From NCBI GenBank assembly GCA_963678565.1, contig OY782875.1, forward strand, positions 1,265,770 through 1,329,769: a DNA stretch of 64,000 nt, in the 5' to 3' direction. Source of the DNA: Prolixibacteraceae bacterium (GTDB lineage Bacteria > Bacteroidota > Bacteroidia > Bacteroidales > Prolixibacteraceae). Shown piece after piece: positions 25,928 to 36,456 of the stretch; positions within the stretch are counted from its first letter, which is position 1; each line of letters opens with the position of its first letter. Below the pieces are notes generated by a model. That model was not told the DNA's origin and did not search any database. It saw nothing but the letters and a program-made list of their open reading frames with translations. A program made the position numbers and the translations under genes.

Positions 25928-28708
25928 TTAATGAGCTTCTAACCAGTTTTTTCCTTTTCCAATTTCCACGGTAAGTGGTACATCTAATTTAACGGCATTC
26001 TCCATTGAATGTTTAATGATGGTTGACAATTCTTCTACTTCATCAGCAAAAGCATCGAAGTTTAATTCATCATGTACTTGTAAAATCATTTTCGATTTTA
26101 ATCCTTTTTGTTCTATCTGGTTTTGAATTTCAATCATTGCAATTTTTATGATGTCAGCAGCTGTTCCTTGTATCGGTGCATTAATTGCATTTCGTTCTGC
26201 AATTCCGCGCACTACAGCATTGGCCGAATTAATATCTTTGAGATAACGCTTTCGACCTAACATTGTTTTTACAAAGCCTGTTTTTCTGGCTTCTTCAATG
26301 CTGAAATCCATAAACTCTTTCACTTTTGGGAAGGCTTCAAAATAACCATCAATAATTTCTTTTGCTTCTTTACGACTGATGTTAAGTCGTTGCGATAGTC
26401 CAAATGCTGAAATACCATAAATGATACCAAAGTTGGCCGTTTTTGCTTTTCGGCGCATGTCGGAACTTACTTCCGATTCTTCTACTTTAAATATTTTAGC
26501 GGCAGTTCTTGAATGGATATCCACCTCTTGAGCAAATGCTTCAACCATGGCCGGATCTTTGCTTAAGGCAGCCATAATCCTAAGTTCGATTTGAGAATAG
26601 TCGGCCGATAAAAACACATTTCCTTTATGCGCAGGAATAAATGCTTTTCTTATTTCCTTTCCTTTTTCATCGCGTATTGGAATGTTTTGCAAATTTGGAT
26701 TCACCGAGCTTAGTCTTCCGGTAGCTGCCACTGCCTGATTATATGAGGTGTGAATCATTCCTGTTTTTTCATTAACCAATTTAGGAAGTGCTTCTATATA
26801 AGTGCTTAGTAGTTTTCTTAAACCACGAAATTCCAAAATCTTATTTACAATCGGATGCTTATCGGTTAAGCGTTGCAGTGTTTCTTCGTTGGTGGAATAT
26901 TGCTTTGTTTTTGTTTTTTTAGCGTTTTCTTGAATTTTAAGCTTTTCAAACAGAATAGGTCCTAGTTGTTTGGGGGAAGAAACATTGAATTCTTCGCCTG
27001 CTAATTCCTGAATATCTTTTTCTAATTGATCAATTTCGTTACTTAATGCTTGTGCTGAGTTATTTAATGAATTGCTATCAATTTTAACTCCATTTAATTC
27101 CATTTCGAGTAAAACGGAAAGTAAAGGCATTTCAATCTCGTTAAACAATTTATACAACTCGCTTTCCTCAAGCTCTTTGGCGAGTGGTGCTTTTAATTGA
27201 AAGGTGATATCTGCATCTTCGCAAGCATAATCTACAATTTCTTGTGGTTCAACTTGTCGCATTGTTTTTTGATTTTTCCCTTTCTTTCCAATCAGTTGCT
27301 CCGTTGGAACTTTTTTGTAATTCAAATAAAGTTCACTCAGATAATCTAAGTTGTGTCTGATTTCAGGTTGAATCAAATAGTGGGCAATCATTGTATCGAA
27401 AATTGGCCCTTTCACTTTTAGTCCATATTGAGCGAGAATCAATAGATCGAATTTTATATTTTGCCCAATTTTTAGGATTTTTTCGTCTTCAAAAATGAGT
27501 TTGAATTCTTGAACTATTTTTTCTGCTTCTTTTCGGTCTTCTGGAAGATGCACGCAATAGGCTTCTCCGTTTTTTTTCGAAAAAGAGATACAGACTAACT
27601 CATCGGTAAGTGGAGATAGACCAGTTGTTTCGGTATCGAAACAAAATTCTTTTGAAACGGCAAGCTCAGCTCTTAACGAAGCACGTTGCATTTCATTTTC
27701 AACTGAGAAATATTGATGTTCTTCGGTTGTTATATTTTTGAGTTGCGAAGGACTTGCTTCTTCTTCAGATTCAACCGGGCTGCTAAACAAATCGCCTTGA
27801 ACTGGATTTGGAGATTTTTTTGCACCGCCTGAAATTTTTGCAGCAAGTGTTCTAAATTCTAATTCATTAAATAATTCAAGCAATGCTTCCTTGTCCGATT
27901 CCCCTTTCTTCATTTTATCGAAAGAGATGTCGATAGGAACCTCGCGATTGATTACTACCAATTCGCGCGACAAATAAACTTGTTCCTTATTTTCAATCAG
28001 ATTTTGTTTCTGCTTTCCTTTTAAGTCTTCAATATTGTTGTACAAGTTTGAAATAGAGCCATATTTCCCAATTAATTTCATGGCAGTTTTAGGACCAATA
28101 CCGGGGCATCCAGGAATGTTGTCGGCTGAATCTCCCATTAATCCTAAAATATCAATTACTTGTTCAGTATTTTCAATTAAAAAGTTTTCTTTAACTTCAT
28201 CAACTCCCCAAATTTGGGCTTTTTCGCCACCTTTGGCCGGTTTATACATTACTGTATTTTCGTTTACCAATTGAGCATAATCCTTATCGGGTGTCATCAT
28301 AAAGGTATCGAAGCCCTCATTAGATGCTTTCTTCGAAATTGTGCCAATAATGTCGTCTGCCTCAAATCCTTGCATCTCAAGGATCGGAATGTTATAGGCT
28401 TCTATAACCTTGCGAATGTAGGGAACCGCAGTTCGAATATCTTCAGGCATTGCCTCTCGGTTTGCTTTGTAAGCTTCAAACATTTCGTGTCGAAATGTAG
28501 GGCCATGCATATCGAAGGCAACCGCAATATAATCTGGTTTTTCAGCTGAAAGTACTTGTTCAAGCGTATTTACAAATCCTAAAATTGCCGAGGTATTTTG
28601 ACCTTTCGAATTAAATCTAGGATTTCTGATAAACGCGAAGTAAGAACGATAAATTAATGCATAGGCATCGAGAAGGAATAATTTCTTGTTGGAATTGTCA
28701 GGTGTCAT
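25928..28708 (-). CDS. polA: DNA polymerase I
   Basis: 5'-3' exonuclease N-terminus, 3'-5' exonuclease domain, polymerase motif A DYSQIELR and motif C QVHDEL; 926 aa. Confidence 0.97.
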   Translation of the reverse strand: MTPDNSNKKLFLLDAYALIYRSYFAFIRNPRFNSKGQNTSAILGFVNTLEQVLSAEKPDYIAVAFDMHGPTFRHEMFEAYKANREAMPEDIRTAVPYIRKVIEAYNIPILEMQGFEADDIIGTISKKASNEGFDTFMMTPDKDYAQLVNENTVMYKPAKGGEKAQIWGVDEVKENFLIENTEQVIDILGLMGDSADNIPGCPGIGPKTAMKLIGKYGSISNLYNNIEDLKGKQKQNLIENKEQVYLSRELVVINREVPIDISFDKMKKGESDKEALLELFNELEFRTLAAKISGGAKKSPNPVQGDLFSSPVESEEEASPSQLKNITTEEHQYFSVENEMQRASLRAELAVSKEFCFDTETTGLSPLTDELVCISFSKKNGEAYCVHLPEDRKEAEKIVQEFKLIFEDEKILKIGQNIKFDLLILAQYGLKVKGPIFDTMIAHYLIQPEIRHNLDYLSELYLNYKKVPTEQLIGKKGKNQKTMRQVEPQEIVDYACEDADITFQLKAPLAKELEESELYKLFNEIEMPLLSVLLEMELNGVKIDSNSLNNSAQALSNEIDQLEKDIQELAGEEFNVSSPKQLGPILFEKLKIQENAKKTKTKQYSTNEETLQRLTDKHPIVNKILEFRGLRKLLSTYIEALPKLVNEKTGMIHTSYNQAVAATGRLSSVNPNLQNIPIRDEKGKEIRKAFIPAHKGNVFLSADYSQIELRIMAALSKDPAMVEAFAQEVDIHSRTAAKIFKVEESEVSSDMRRKAKTANFGIIYGISAFGLSQRLNISRKEAKEIIDGYFEAFPKVKEFMDFSIEEARKTGFVKTMLGRKRYLKDINSANAVVRGIAERNAINAPIQGTAADIIKIAMIEIQNQIEQKGLKSKMILQVHDELNFDAFADEVEELSTIIKHSMENAVKLDVPLTVEIGKGKNWLEAH

Positions 28709-28713
28709 GTTTT

Positions 28714-29160
28714 TTAATTATCGCTTGCATCCCATTCTGCAAAAGAACTGGCCGTTTCGTAAAGTTTAACTTTTTTTAATTCAATTCCTTCTGGTAATAA
28801 TGGTTGTATTTTTTCAACAATGTAAACTACCATGTTTTCGCAGGTTGGTTGAAAGTCGAATACAAAATGACGTTCATACATTTCGTTTAATTCTAAAAGT
28901 TTCTCGTGTGGGGCACGACTATTAATCACCAAAGAGTGATCGAACTTATCAACAATTTCGTGTTTTACTATTCTTTTCAAATCACCAAAATCAATTACCA
29001 TCCCATTTTTTTTGTCATCGGGATTGTTGATTGGTTCACCTGCAACAGTTACATAAAGTTTATAGGTGTGTCCGTGAATGTTTTTACATAAACCATCGTA
29101 ATTCCAAAGGGCATGCGCCATTTCGAAATCATAAAATTTTGTAACCCTAATTTTGGCCAT
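28714..29160 (-). CDS. queD: 6-carboxy-5,6,7,8-tetrahydropterin synthase (PTPS family)
   Basis: PTPS/QueD fold motifs FEMAHAL...C.N.HGHTY and zinc-ligand histidines; 148 aa. Confidence 0.85.
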   Translation of the reverse strand: MAKIRVTKFYDFEMAHALWNYDGLCKNIHGHTYKLYVTVAGEPINNPDDKKNGMVIDFGDLKRIVKHEIVDKFDHSLVINSRAPHEKLLELNEMYERHFVFDFQPTCENMVVYIVEKIQPLLPEGIELKKVKLYETASSFAEWDASDN

Positions 29161-29244
29161 AAGTTTTTTTATTTAAATGCTTGTTATTAGAAGTAACAAC
29201 AAGATTTTAATTTTGTTAAGAATTAAGAAGGGAATTTTAAGTTG

Positions 29245-29547
29245 TTACTCTTCGCAACCACATTTATTAAGGCAATCGATAATTTGACCTAAAACGGGAT
29301 GTTTTAAAAAGTAATAAGAATTTTTCCCATCACGTTTTGAACATAATACGCCATTGCTTTTTAATATACCAAGATGGTGTGAAGCGGTTGATTGTTCAAT
29401 TTCTAACATCTGATGAATTTGAGTAACGTTTAATTTTTCTCCTTCTTTTAAACAATGCATTATAGAAATGCGGATTGGGTGGGCCATTGCTTTTAGCATG
29501 CCTGTTGCTCTTTCAACGTTTTCTTGATCAAATTCAGTTGTGAACAT
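29245..29547 (-). CDS. ArsR/SmtB family transcriptional regulator
   Basis: Winged HTH (LKAMAHPIRISIMHCL...VTQIHQMLEIEQSTASHHLGILK) and a Cys-rich C-terminus CLNKCGCEE. Confidence 0.85.
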   Translation of the reverse strand: MFTTEFDQENVERATGMLKAMAHPIRISIMHCLKEGEKLNVTQIHQMLEIEQSTASHHLGILKSNGVLCSKRDGKNSYYFLKHPVLGQIIDCLNKCGCEE

Positions 29548-29779
29548 ATTTAGATGTTTTTATTGCAAATTTAGAAATTTATAGGGCAAATGGAAGGTAA
29601 TGATAAGTGTATATGGAGTTTGTGCTTTAAAAATGGGTAATTTATATTTAATCCAAGTAGAAGCAAATAATTATACGGATTTCAATTTTATATGCAAATT
29701 TGAATAGTTATTATTGTCAAGAGATTCAAATGGAAGCGAAATGAGCTATTTTTGCTTACTTTATTAGAGAATATTATAC

Positions 29780-30754
29780 ATGTCAAATCTGAAAAAAATA
29801 AAGCTACCAGTTCGTGCAGAGCTGGAACAATTTGAAAGCTATTTTCGCAATGTTACTAAGTCGGATGTAAAGTTGCTTAATTTAATTTTGAACTACATCA
29901 TTAGAACAAAGGGTAAGCAAATAAGACCATTGTTTGTTTTTCTATCCGCAAAAATATTTGGTAAAATTGATGACAGCACCTATTTGGCAGCAACCACAAT
30001 TGAATTGTTGCATTCGGCAACTTTAGTGCACGATGATGTAATTGATGAATCTTTTGAGCGAAGAGGAAAGCTCTCAATTAATGCGATTTGGAGAAACAAG
30101 GTTGCGGTGTTAATTGGCGACTTTTTGTTGTCGAAAGGACTCCTACTTACTACGAAACATAAAGAGTTTGAGATTCTTGAAATTATTTCAAAAGCAGTTC
30201 AAGATACAATTGAAGGCGAATTATTGCAGGATGAAAAAAGTCGTAAGCTGGATATTAACGAGGAAACCTATTTCGAAATAATCAAAAAGAAAACAGCATC
30301 TTTAATTGCAACGAGCATTGCGGTGGGAACCTTTTCGGCTACTCGGGATATAGCGCAGGTTGAAGTTATGCATGAAATGGGAATGCTCGCAGGAATTGCT
30401 TTTCAAATTAGAGATGACATTTTTGACTATCAAGATAAAGGAATAATTGGAAAACCAACGGGAAACGATATTAAGGATAAGAAAATAACCTTGCCTTTAA
30501 TACATGTATTAAATAAGGCAAGCACTGAAGAACGAAGGGAGATTCTTCGTATTGTAAAAAGAAAGAATCATCGGAAAGAGCAAGTGCTTAAACTTATCAA
30601 TTTAGTGAAAGAGCGTGGCGGATTGGAATACGCAAACTTAAAAATGTACGAATACCGCGATAAGGCTTTGGCAAAATTAAATGAGCTGCCCGAAAGTGAA
30701 GCAAGAGAAGCCATGGCCGATTTAATAAATTATATTATTACGCGCAAAAAATAA
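29780..30754 (+). CDS. Polyprenyl diphosphate synthase (long-chain trans-isoprenyl, IspB-like)
   Basis: First and second Asp-rich motifs LVHDDVIDES and RDDIFDY; 324 aa. Confidence 0.88.
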   Translation: MSNLKKIKLPVRAELEQFESYFRNVTKSDVKLLNLILNYIIRTKGKQIRPLFVFLSAKIFGKIDDSTYLAATTIELLHSATLVHDDVIDESFERRGKLSINAIWRNKVAVLIGDFLLSKGLLLTTKHKEFEILEIISKAVQDTIEGELLQDEKSRKLDINEETYFEIIKKKTASLIATSIAVGTFSATRDIAQVEVMHEMGMLAGIAFQIRDDIFDYQDKGIIGKPTGNDIKDKKITLPLIHVLNKASTEERREILRIVKRKNHRKEQVLKLINLVKERGGLEYANLKMYEYRDKALAKLNELPESEAREAMADLINYIITRKK

Positions 30755-30778
30755 GAGCAACCCCGAAGGATTGCTCTT
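30753..30778. terminator. Shared hairpin between the convergent polyprenyl synthase and frr genes
   Basis: AAGAGCAA (30753-30760) pairs with TTGCTCTT (30771-30778) as a perfect 8-bp stem. The flanking A and T tracts are short. Confidence 0.4.
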
Positions 30779-30817
30779 TAATAGCCATGAAAACACAAAC
30801 TTTATCGTAAGATAAAT

Positions 30818-31381
30818 TTATACGGTTAGAATTTCGTCATGTTTGGCTGCAACAAGTGCATCAACCTTTTTCGAATATTCGTTAGTTATTTCTTGAACTT
30901 CTTCAACGGCAATTTTTTCTGCATCTTCAGAAAGACCGTCTTTTAATAATTTTTTCAACTGATCATTTGCATCTTTTCTAGTATTTCGAACGCTAACTTT
31001 AGCATTTTCACCTACTTTATTTGCATCTTTTACAAGCGTTTTTCTTCGCTCTTCAGTTAAAGGTGGTATAAATATACGAATTATTTCGCCATTGTTTTCA
31101 GGATTAAAGCCCAGATTTGAATTAATAATTGCTTTTTCAATATCCGAAATGATATTTTTTTCCCAAGGTTGAATTGCAATTGTTTTTGCATCGGGAGTTG
31201 AAACATTTGAAACTTGGCTTAAAGGGGTTTGAGCGCCATAATATTCAACATAAATTCCATCCAACATACGTGGAGATGCTTTTCCCGCACGAATATGCAC
31301 TAATTCATTATCTAAATGTTCAATGGCCGACTGCATACCTTCGCGCGCCATATCTAATATCATATCAACTTCTTCGTCCAT
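30818..31381 (-). CDS. frr: Ribosome recycling factor
   Basis: Typical RRF length (187 aa) and motifs (IRAGKASPRMLD, PPLTEERRK). Confidence 0.95.
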   Translation of the reverse strand: MDEEVDMILDMAREGMQSAIEHLDNELVHIRAGKASPRMLDGIYVEYYGAQTPLSQVSNVSTPDAKTIAIQPWEKNIISDIEKAIINSNLGFNPENNGEIIRIFIPPLTEERRKTLVKDANKVGENAKVSVRNTRKDANDQLKKLLKDGLSEDAEKIAVEEVQEITNEYSKKVDALVAAKHDEILTV

Positions 31382-31520
31382 CTTTGAATTCTAAAATTTA
31401 TAAGCTTGAACAAAATTATAAAAATTTTGCTTAGCTGAAAATAGTCATTTTTTGAATATTTCCCTTAGTAAATAGATTTATAGCAACAATATACTTCAAA
31501 AAGAAGTTATTATTTTAATT

Positions 31521-32471
31521 TTGAGACCGAAAAAAATTAAAACTGTGGCTGGAAGATTAAATTATTTACATCCGATTCCCCAAATTATACTTCTGATAAT
31601 AATTGCATTGGTATCAGCTTTGTTGCTTACAATTGTTGGTATGGTGGTGGCGATTCCAATATTTGGATTAGAAATGTTTGGGAGTATGTTTACAGGGAAT
31701 GTTCAGAATATGGATATTGGGTTTCTGAAATATTTACAATTGTTGCAAGGAATTGGGATGTTTGTTGTTCCGGCCTTTATCACCGCAGCGTTAATTAGTA
31801 AACGTCCATTAAATTTTCTTTGGTTTGGTAAAAAAGTAAACTTTAAAAGTGTTTTGCTAACCATTGTGATGATTTATGCCGTTGTTCCACTAATTAATTT
31901 AACAGGAATGTGGAATAGTAATTTGCAGCTGCCTGAATTCATGTCTGGAATTGAGAATTGGATGACCGCACGTGAAGAACAGGCTGCGATAATTACTGAG
32001 AAATTTGTACAATCGGAACATCTTGGACAAATGCTTTTCAATATATTTTTAATCGCAGTAATTCCTGCGATTGGAGAGGAGTTATTTTTTAGAGGTGTGA
32101 TTCAAACTGTATTGGCCAAATGGTTTAAAAACTATCATGTTGCAATTTTTACCGCTGCCTTTGTGTTTAGTTTCTTCCACTTACAATTTTATGGCTTTCT
32201 TCCGCGATTTATCTTGGGTGTTCTATTTGGTTACTTATTGGTTTGGAGTGGCAATATTTGGCTGCCGATTTTGGCTCATTTTATAAACAATGCTACCGCA
32301 GTAGTTGCCTATCATTTTATGGGTAAAGGAGCTATTTCTGTTGATCCAGAGGCTATTGGAACCGATAGTGCCTTTGGCTGGATGGCTATTTTAAGTATTG
32401 TAATTGTTGTTGCTTCTCTTTTAGCAATTCGAGTGTATGAGTTTAAAAAGAAAATCGAAGTAAACATTTAA
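31521..32471 (+). CDS. CPBP family intramembrane glutamic endopeptidase (CAAX protease-like)
   Basis: Motifs EELFFRG, FSFFHL and AHFINN in a polytopic membrane protein. TTG start as given in the ORF track, which is uncertain. Confidence 0.8.
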   Translation: MRPKKIKTVAGRLNYLHPIPQIILLIIIALVSALLLTIVGMVVAIPIFGLEMFGSMFTGNVQNMDIGFLKYLQLLQGIGMFVVPAFITAALISKRPLNFLWFGKKVNFKSVLLTIVMIYAVVPLINLTGMWNSNLQLPEFMSGIENWMTAREEQAAIITEKFVQSEHLGQMLFNIFLIAVIPAIGEELFFRGVIQTVLAKWFKNYHVAIFTAAFVFSFFHLQFYGFLPRFILGVLFGYLLVWSGNIWLPILAHFINNATAVVAYHFMGKGAISVDPEAIGTDSAFGWMAILSIVIVVASLLAIRVYEFKKKIEVNI

Positions 32472-32573
32472 TTATTGATTTCTAAACTGTTTAAAATTCA
32501 ATTAATTAAACTTGCCTTGTCAAGCATTTCATGTTGATTCTTTTTCTATTTTTGCCCCCTGCAAATAGATTCG

Positions 32574-33794
32574 ATGGAATACCAAATATTTACATTAAAA
32601 AACGGAATTAGAGTAATTCACCAAGCTTCCGATGCTCGAGTGGCTCATTTTGGTGTGATTATGAATACTGGTTCGCGCGATGAATTGCCCGATGAGCAAG
32701 GAATGGCGCACTTTATTGAGCATACAATTTTTAAAGGCACACAAAAGCGAAAAGCTTTTCAAATTATCAATCGTGTTGAAAATGTTGGAGGCGAAATAAA
32801 TGCTTATACCACCAAAGAAGAAACAGCAATATATGCTACTTTCTTGAAAGAATATTACGACCGTTCGATTGACTTGGTCAGCGATATTATTAAAAATGCT
32901 TCCTTTCCCGAAAAAGAATTAACCAAGGAAAAAGAGGTGATTATCGATGAGATTAATTCGTATAACGATTCTCCATCTGAATTAATTTACGACGAGTTTG
33001 AGGAACTGGTTTTTGACGGTCATCCAATCGCTCGAAATATTCTTGGAACTCCTGAAACAGTGCGTAGTTTCAATAAGGAAAAGGTATTTAATTTCATGAA
33101 ACGTAATTATCATGCTAAGGATATGGTAATTTGCTCTATTGGAAACATTGACATTCGAAAGTTTAAGAAATACATTCATCAATATTTCGATGACTTTCCA
33201 GAAAGTAGTTCTGTTCGCGAGCGCGAGCCATTTTCTGGCTATCAACCATCGTATAAGGAAATTGAAAAAGATACTTACCAGTCGCATGCCGTGATTGGCG
33301 GAACCGCTTATGCATTGCAAAATGACAAACGAATGCCCATGATATTATTGAATAATATTTTGGGAGGAAATTCAATGAATTCGCGTTTGAACATGGCATT
33401 GCGAGAGCGAAATGGCATGGCTTACAACATCGAATCGAGCTATACTCCCTATTCCGATACCGGAATTCTGATGATCTATTTTGGAACCGAAAACAATAAT
33501 TTAGAAAAGGCTTTTAAACTGATACAAAAGGAATTTCAATTATTGCGGAACAATGCAATGGGCCCCAATCAGTTAATTAAAGCGCAAAAACAATTGATTG
33601 GTCAGCTGGCAATTTCAAGCGAAAATAGGGAAGATCTGATGCTTAACATAGGCCGCAGTTTACTTTATTTCGATAAAGTTGATCCTTTGTCGACGGTTTA
33701 TCAGAAAATTGAAGAAATTACTGCAAGTGATATTATGGAAGTAGCGAATGAAGTTTTGAATAAAGAAAATCTTTCAACATTAATTTATAAGTGA
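32574..33794 (+). CDS. M16 family zinc metallopeptidase (pitrilysin/insulinase-like)
   Basis: Inverted zinc motif HFIEH near the N-terminus; 406 aa. Confidence 0.88.
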   Translation: MEYQIFTLKNGIRVIHQASDARVAHFGVIMNTGSRDELPDEQGMAHFIEHTIFKGTQKRKAFQIINRVENVGGEINAYTTKEETAIYATFLKEYYDRSIDLVSDIIKNASFPEKELTKEKEVIIDEINSYNDSPSELIYDEFEELVFDGHPIARNILGTPETVRSFNKEKVFNFMKRNYHAKDMVICSIGNIDIRKFKKYIHQYFDDFPESSSVREREPFSGYQPSYKEIEKDTYQSHAVIGGTAYALQNDKRMPMILLNNILGGNSMNSRLNMALRERNGMAYNIESSYTPYSDTGILMIYFGTENNNLEKAFKLIQKEFQLLRNNAMGPNQLIKAQKQLIGQLAISSENREDLMLNIGRSLLYFDKVDPLSTVYQKIEEITASDIMEVANEVLNKENLSTLIYK

Positions 33795-34435
33795 TGCAAT
33801 TGTCGTCTGATTTAGAAAATTATATTTTAGATCACATTAGTGAAGAACATCCGGTATTGAGGGCTTTAGATAGGGAAACCAATTTAAGATGCTTGCAACC
33901 CCGCATGTTGTCGGGGCATTTGCAAGGAAAAATTTTAACCATGTTGTGCCAAATGATTCAGCCTAAACGAATTCTTGAATTAGGAACTTTTACCGGATAC
34001 TCGGCAATTAGCATGGCATTGGCATTGAACGAAGAAGGCAAATTGTTTACCATTGAAATTTCGGATGAAAAAGAAGAAATCATTCAAAAATTTGTAGGTA
34101 AAGCAAATCTGTCGGATAAAATTGAGTGTTTATTTGGCGATGCAATTGACTTGATTCCAATCATCGACGAAGAGTTCGATTTGGTTTTTATCGATGCCGA
34201 TAAACGAAAGTATTGTGCGTATTTTGATCTGGTTTTTAGCAAGGTGAAAAAGGGTGGATACATTATTGCTGACAATACCCTTTGGGATGGAAAAGTGATC
34301 GATCCGGATAGCAAAGGTGAAGCTCAAACCAAAGGAATTCTTGCATTTAACGAAAAAGTTGCAGAAAATAGTGATGTTGAAACGGTTATTTTTCCCGTTA
34401 GAGATGGCATGACAGTTATTCGGAAATTAGTTTAA
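33794..34435 (+). CDS. Class I SAM-dependent O-methyltransferase (caffeoyl-CoA OMT/YrrM-like)
   Basis: SAM motif ILELGTFTGYS and acidic FIDADK. The start ATG overlaps the M16 stop codon (TGATG). Confidence 0.82.
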   Translation: MQLSSDLENYILDHISEEHPVLRALDRETNLRCLQPRMLSGHLQGKILTMLCQMIQPKRILELGTFTGYSAISMALALNEEGKLFTIEISDEKEEIIQKFVGKANLSDKIECLFGDAIDLIPIIDEEFDLVFIDADKRKYCAYFDLVFSKVKKGGYIIADNTLWDGKVIDPDSKGEAQTKGILAFNEKVAENSDVETVIFPVRDGMTVIRKLV

Positions 34436-35381
34436 CATCCTCTTCGTTATTATCCTGTGCTTTTTTTCTGGCAGTAACAATTCCAATATTCAATTCAAAA
34501 CCAATCAAAATTGCCAAGCAATTTAAATAAAACATCACCATAATTGCAGGTAATGTTCCTATAGATCCATAAAGTGCATTGTAGCGTGCAAAATTATTCA
34601 GGTAGTAGCCAAATGCTAAAGTCAATATAATTGATAGAACGGTTGCCAAAGTGCCGCCAGCCGAAATAAAACGCCACTTACTTTTGCGTGATGATCCGAA
34701 ATAATACAGCGAAGAATAAGCAAAAAAGAAGAGTGCTACAATTATCAACCATTTTCCTATTCGTATTAAATAGTAAGTGAAATCTTTATTCATAAGATCT
34801 TTCGCAACCAAAAAATTCAGAAAAGTTTCGGTAAAGGTGATAAGCAAAATAGCAATGGTTAGCAATGAAAATAACAACAAAACCAATCCCAAAGCAATCG
34901 CATAAATTTCATACCATTTTCTAACTTGATGATTGTGAACCGAGTTGTTGAAAGCGTTGATCAAAGAAACAATTCCATTGGTTGAGAAAAATAATGCCAT
35001 GATAAAACCAACTGAAAGCAAACCACTGTGTGGAATGTTAATAATTTCATTGATCGTTTGATAAATCACATTGTAAATACTCTCAGGAACAATAGAATAG
35101 ATTAACAGCAAAAGTTCCGATTGAAAACCTTTAATTGGTATAATCGGAATAAGGGTAAATAAAAAGATAATGGCAGGGAAGATTCCAGTAATCAAATTAA
35201 AAGCTACCGAGGAAGCTCGAATAGTTAAGGCGCCATTCACCAATCCTTTAAAGAAAAAACGACCAACATCGTAAATTGGAATTTTATCGAATCCAGGAAA
35301 TGTAATTCGTTTCGCTTTTTCCTTTAAGCTACGAATTAATTTTAAAAATTTGATTTCATTTCGCTTGCGGAAAGATTGCAT
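34416..35381 (-). CDS. YihY/BrkB family membrane protein
   Basis: Six-TM YihY-type architecture, 321 aa. The 3' end overlaps the convergent methyltransferase gene by 20 nt. Confidence 0.75.
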   Translation of the reverse strand: MQSFRKRNEIKFLKLIRSLKEKAKRITFPGFDKIPIYDVGRFFFKGLVNGALTIRASSVAFNLITGIFPAIIFLFTLIPIIPIKGFQSELLLLIYSIVPESIYNVIYQTINEIINIPHSGLLSVGFIMALFFSTNGIVSLINAFNNSVHNHQVRKWYEIYAIALGLVLLLFSLLTIAILLITFTETFLNFLVAKDLMNKDFTYYLIRIGKWLIIVALFFFAYSSLYYFGSSRKSKWRFISAGGTLATVLSIILTLAFGYYLNNFARYNALYGSIGTLPAIMVMFYLNCLAILIGFELNIGIVTARKKAQDNNEEDVKLISE

Positions 35382-35779
35382 TAATTGTTCTGTTTTTCAA
35401 TTCTTAACTGATGAATCAATGGCTTGCCATTTGTTTCTTTTATTAAAAAATACACTCTGAATTTTTCCTTTTCAGTCTCTAATTTGCCAATTGCATACAT
35501 CGAATGTTCTTTCCCTCCATCGTGAATAATCTCAAATTCTGTAGGTGGATATTTTTTAAAGAAGTCGATTAAAACTTGTTTTGCATGCGCTTTGCTGTAA
35601 ACATTTTCATTGTCGAGAACTACTAATTCAATATTACTGTTGAAACTTTTAGAAAGCAGATTTGCGTTTCCTGTTTTTAGTCCTTTCGAAATATCATCGG
35701 GGATTTTTGCAAATGCAATGCTTACCGATGCAAGCATGATTAAAGTGAAGAATATTATTTTTTTTAGAAATTGCTGCAT
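35381..35779 (-). CDS. DUF4783 domain-containing secreted protein
   Basis: Signal peptide starting at MQQFLKKIIFFTL. Pattern LKTGNANLLSKSF...VYSKAHAKQVLIDFFKKYPP...HQLRIE typical of DUF4783. The upstream extension in the ORF track is unlikely to be real. Confidence 0.7.
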   Translation of the reverse strand: MQQFLKKIIFFTLIMLASVSIAFAKIPDDISKGLKTGNANLLSKSFNSNIELVVLDNENVYSKAHAKQVLIDFFKKYPPTEFEIIHDGGKEHSMYAIGKLETEKEKFRVYFLIKETNGKPLIHQLRIEKQNN

Positions 35780-35969
35780 GTTTAATCTTTTTCTACCAAA
35801 CGAATTTAATGAATTCTTGAGATAAATTCTATTGATTAGAAAATATCTGTTGTTCAAATGAAATATTGTCTGAAATTTTGAAACAAAAAATGTGCAAAAC
35901 TGATGTTCAACTAAAAATTATGTAGATTTACATTTCGACGAAAATATTTTAGAACGAAATAAATATTCA

Positions 35970-36443
35970 ATGAAATGTACGCTTTTGGTAATCGGAAAAA
36001 CCGATGCTGATTATATTCAGAAAGGGATCGATGTTTATTTATCGCGATTAAAGTTTTACCTCAAAACCGAGGTCGAAATTATTCCCGATTTGAAAAAAGC
36101 GAAAAATTTGTCGGAGCAAGAGCAAAAGAAAAAGGAAGGCGAATTGATTTTGAATAAGCTGGAATCACATGATTTTGTGGTGCTTTTGGATGAAAATGGA
36201 AAACAATATTCATCAGTAAAATTTTCTGAATTTCTGCAAAAGCAAATGTTGAATTCAATAAAAAGAATGGTTTTTGTTGTGGGTGGGCCATACGGGTTTT
36301 CCGATGAAGTTTATCAACGAGCCAATTCAAAAATGTCATTGTCTTTAATGACTTATTCACATCAAATGGTGCGAATGATTTTTTTAGAGCAGTTGTATCG
36401 GGCCATGACCATTATAAAAAATGAACCCTATCATCACCAATAA
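35970..36443 (+). CDS. rlmH: 23S rRNA (pseudouridine1915-N3)-methyltransferase
   Basis: SPOUT family, 157 aa, with C-terminal GGPYGFSDEV...HQMVR motifs. Confidence 0.9.
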   Translation: MKCTLLVIGKTDADYIQKGIDVYLSRLKFYLKTEVEIIPDLKKAKNLSEQEQKKKEGELILNKLESHDFVVLLDENGKQYSSVKFSEFLQKQMLNSIKRMVFVVGGPYGFSDEVYQRANSKMSLSLMTYSHQMVRMIFLEQLYRAMTIIKNEPYHHQ

Positions 36444-36456
36444 TATCGATTGATAA

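Noticed and set aside
25635-25974. Plus-strand ORFs 25635-25895 (86 aa) and 25792-25974 (60 aa)
   Set aside because: They overlap the MFS 3' end, the minus-strand HigA-like small ORF and the polA stop. They have no family resemblance, and the minus-strand reading has the recognisable motif.
29161-29244. Possible preQ1-I riboswitch upstream of queD (hairpin plus A-rich tail ending in ACUU)
   Set aside because: The gene context is attractive, but the spacer between the stem and the A tract is about 9 nt, longer than I recall for the known aptamer. The loop has no segment complementary to the 3' tail for the P2 pseudoknot, and I do not see the loop and stem nucleotides I recall as conserved. 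I keep it only as an unexplained hairpin. An Infernal scan would settle it.
34416-34435. 20-nt convergent overlap of the O-methyltransferase and YihY gene 3' ends
   Set aside because: It is real in the sequence, but short convergent overlaps are common in compact genomes, and I see no associated structure or motif.
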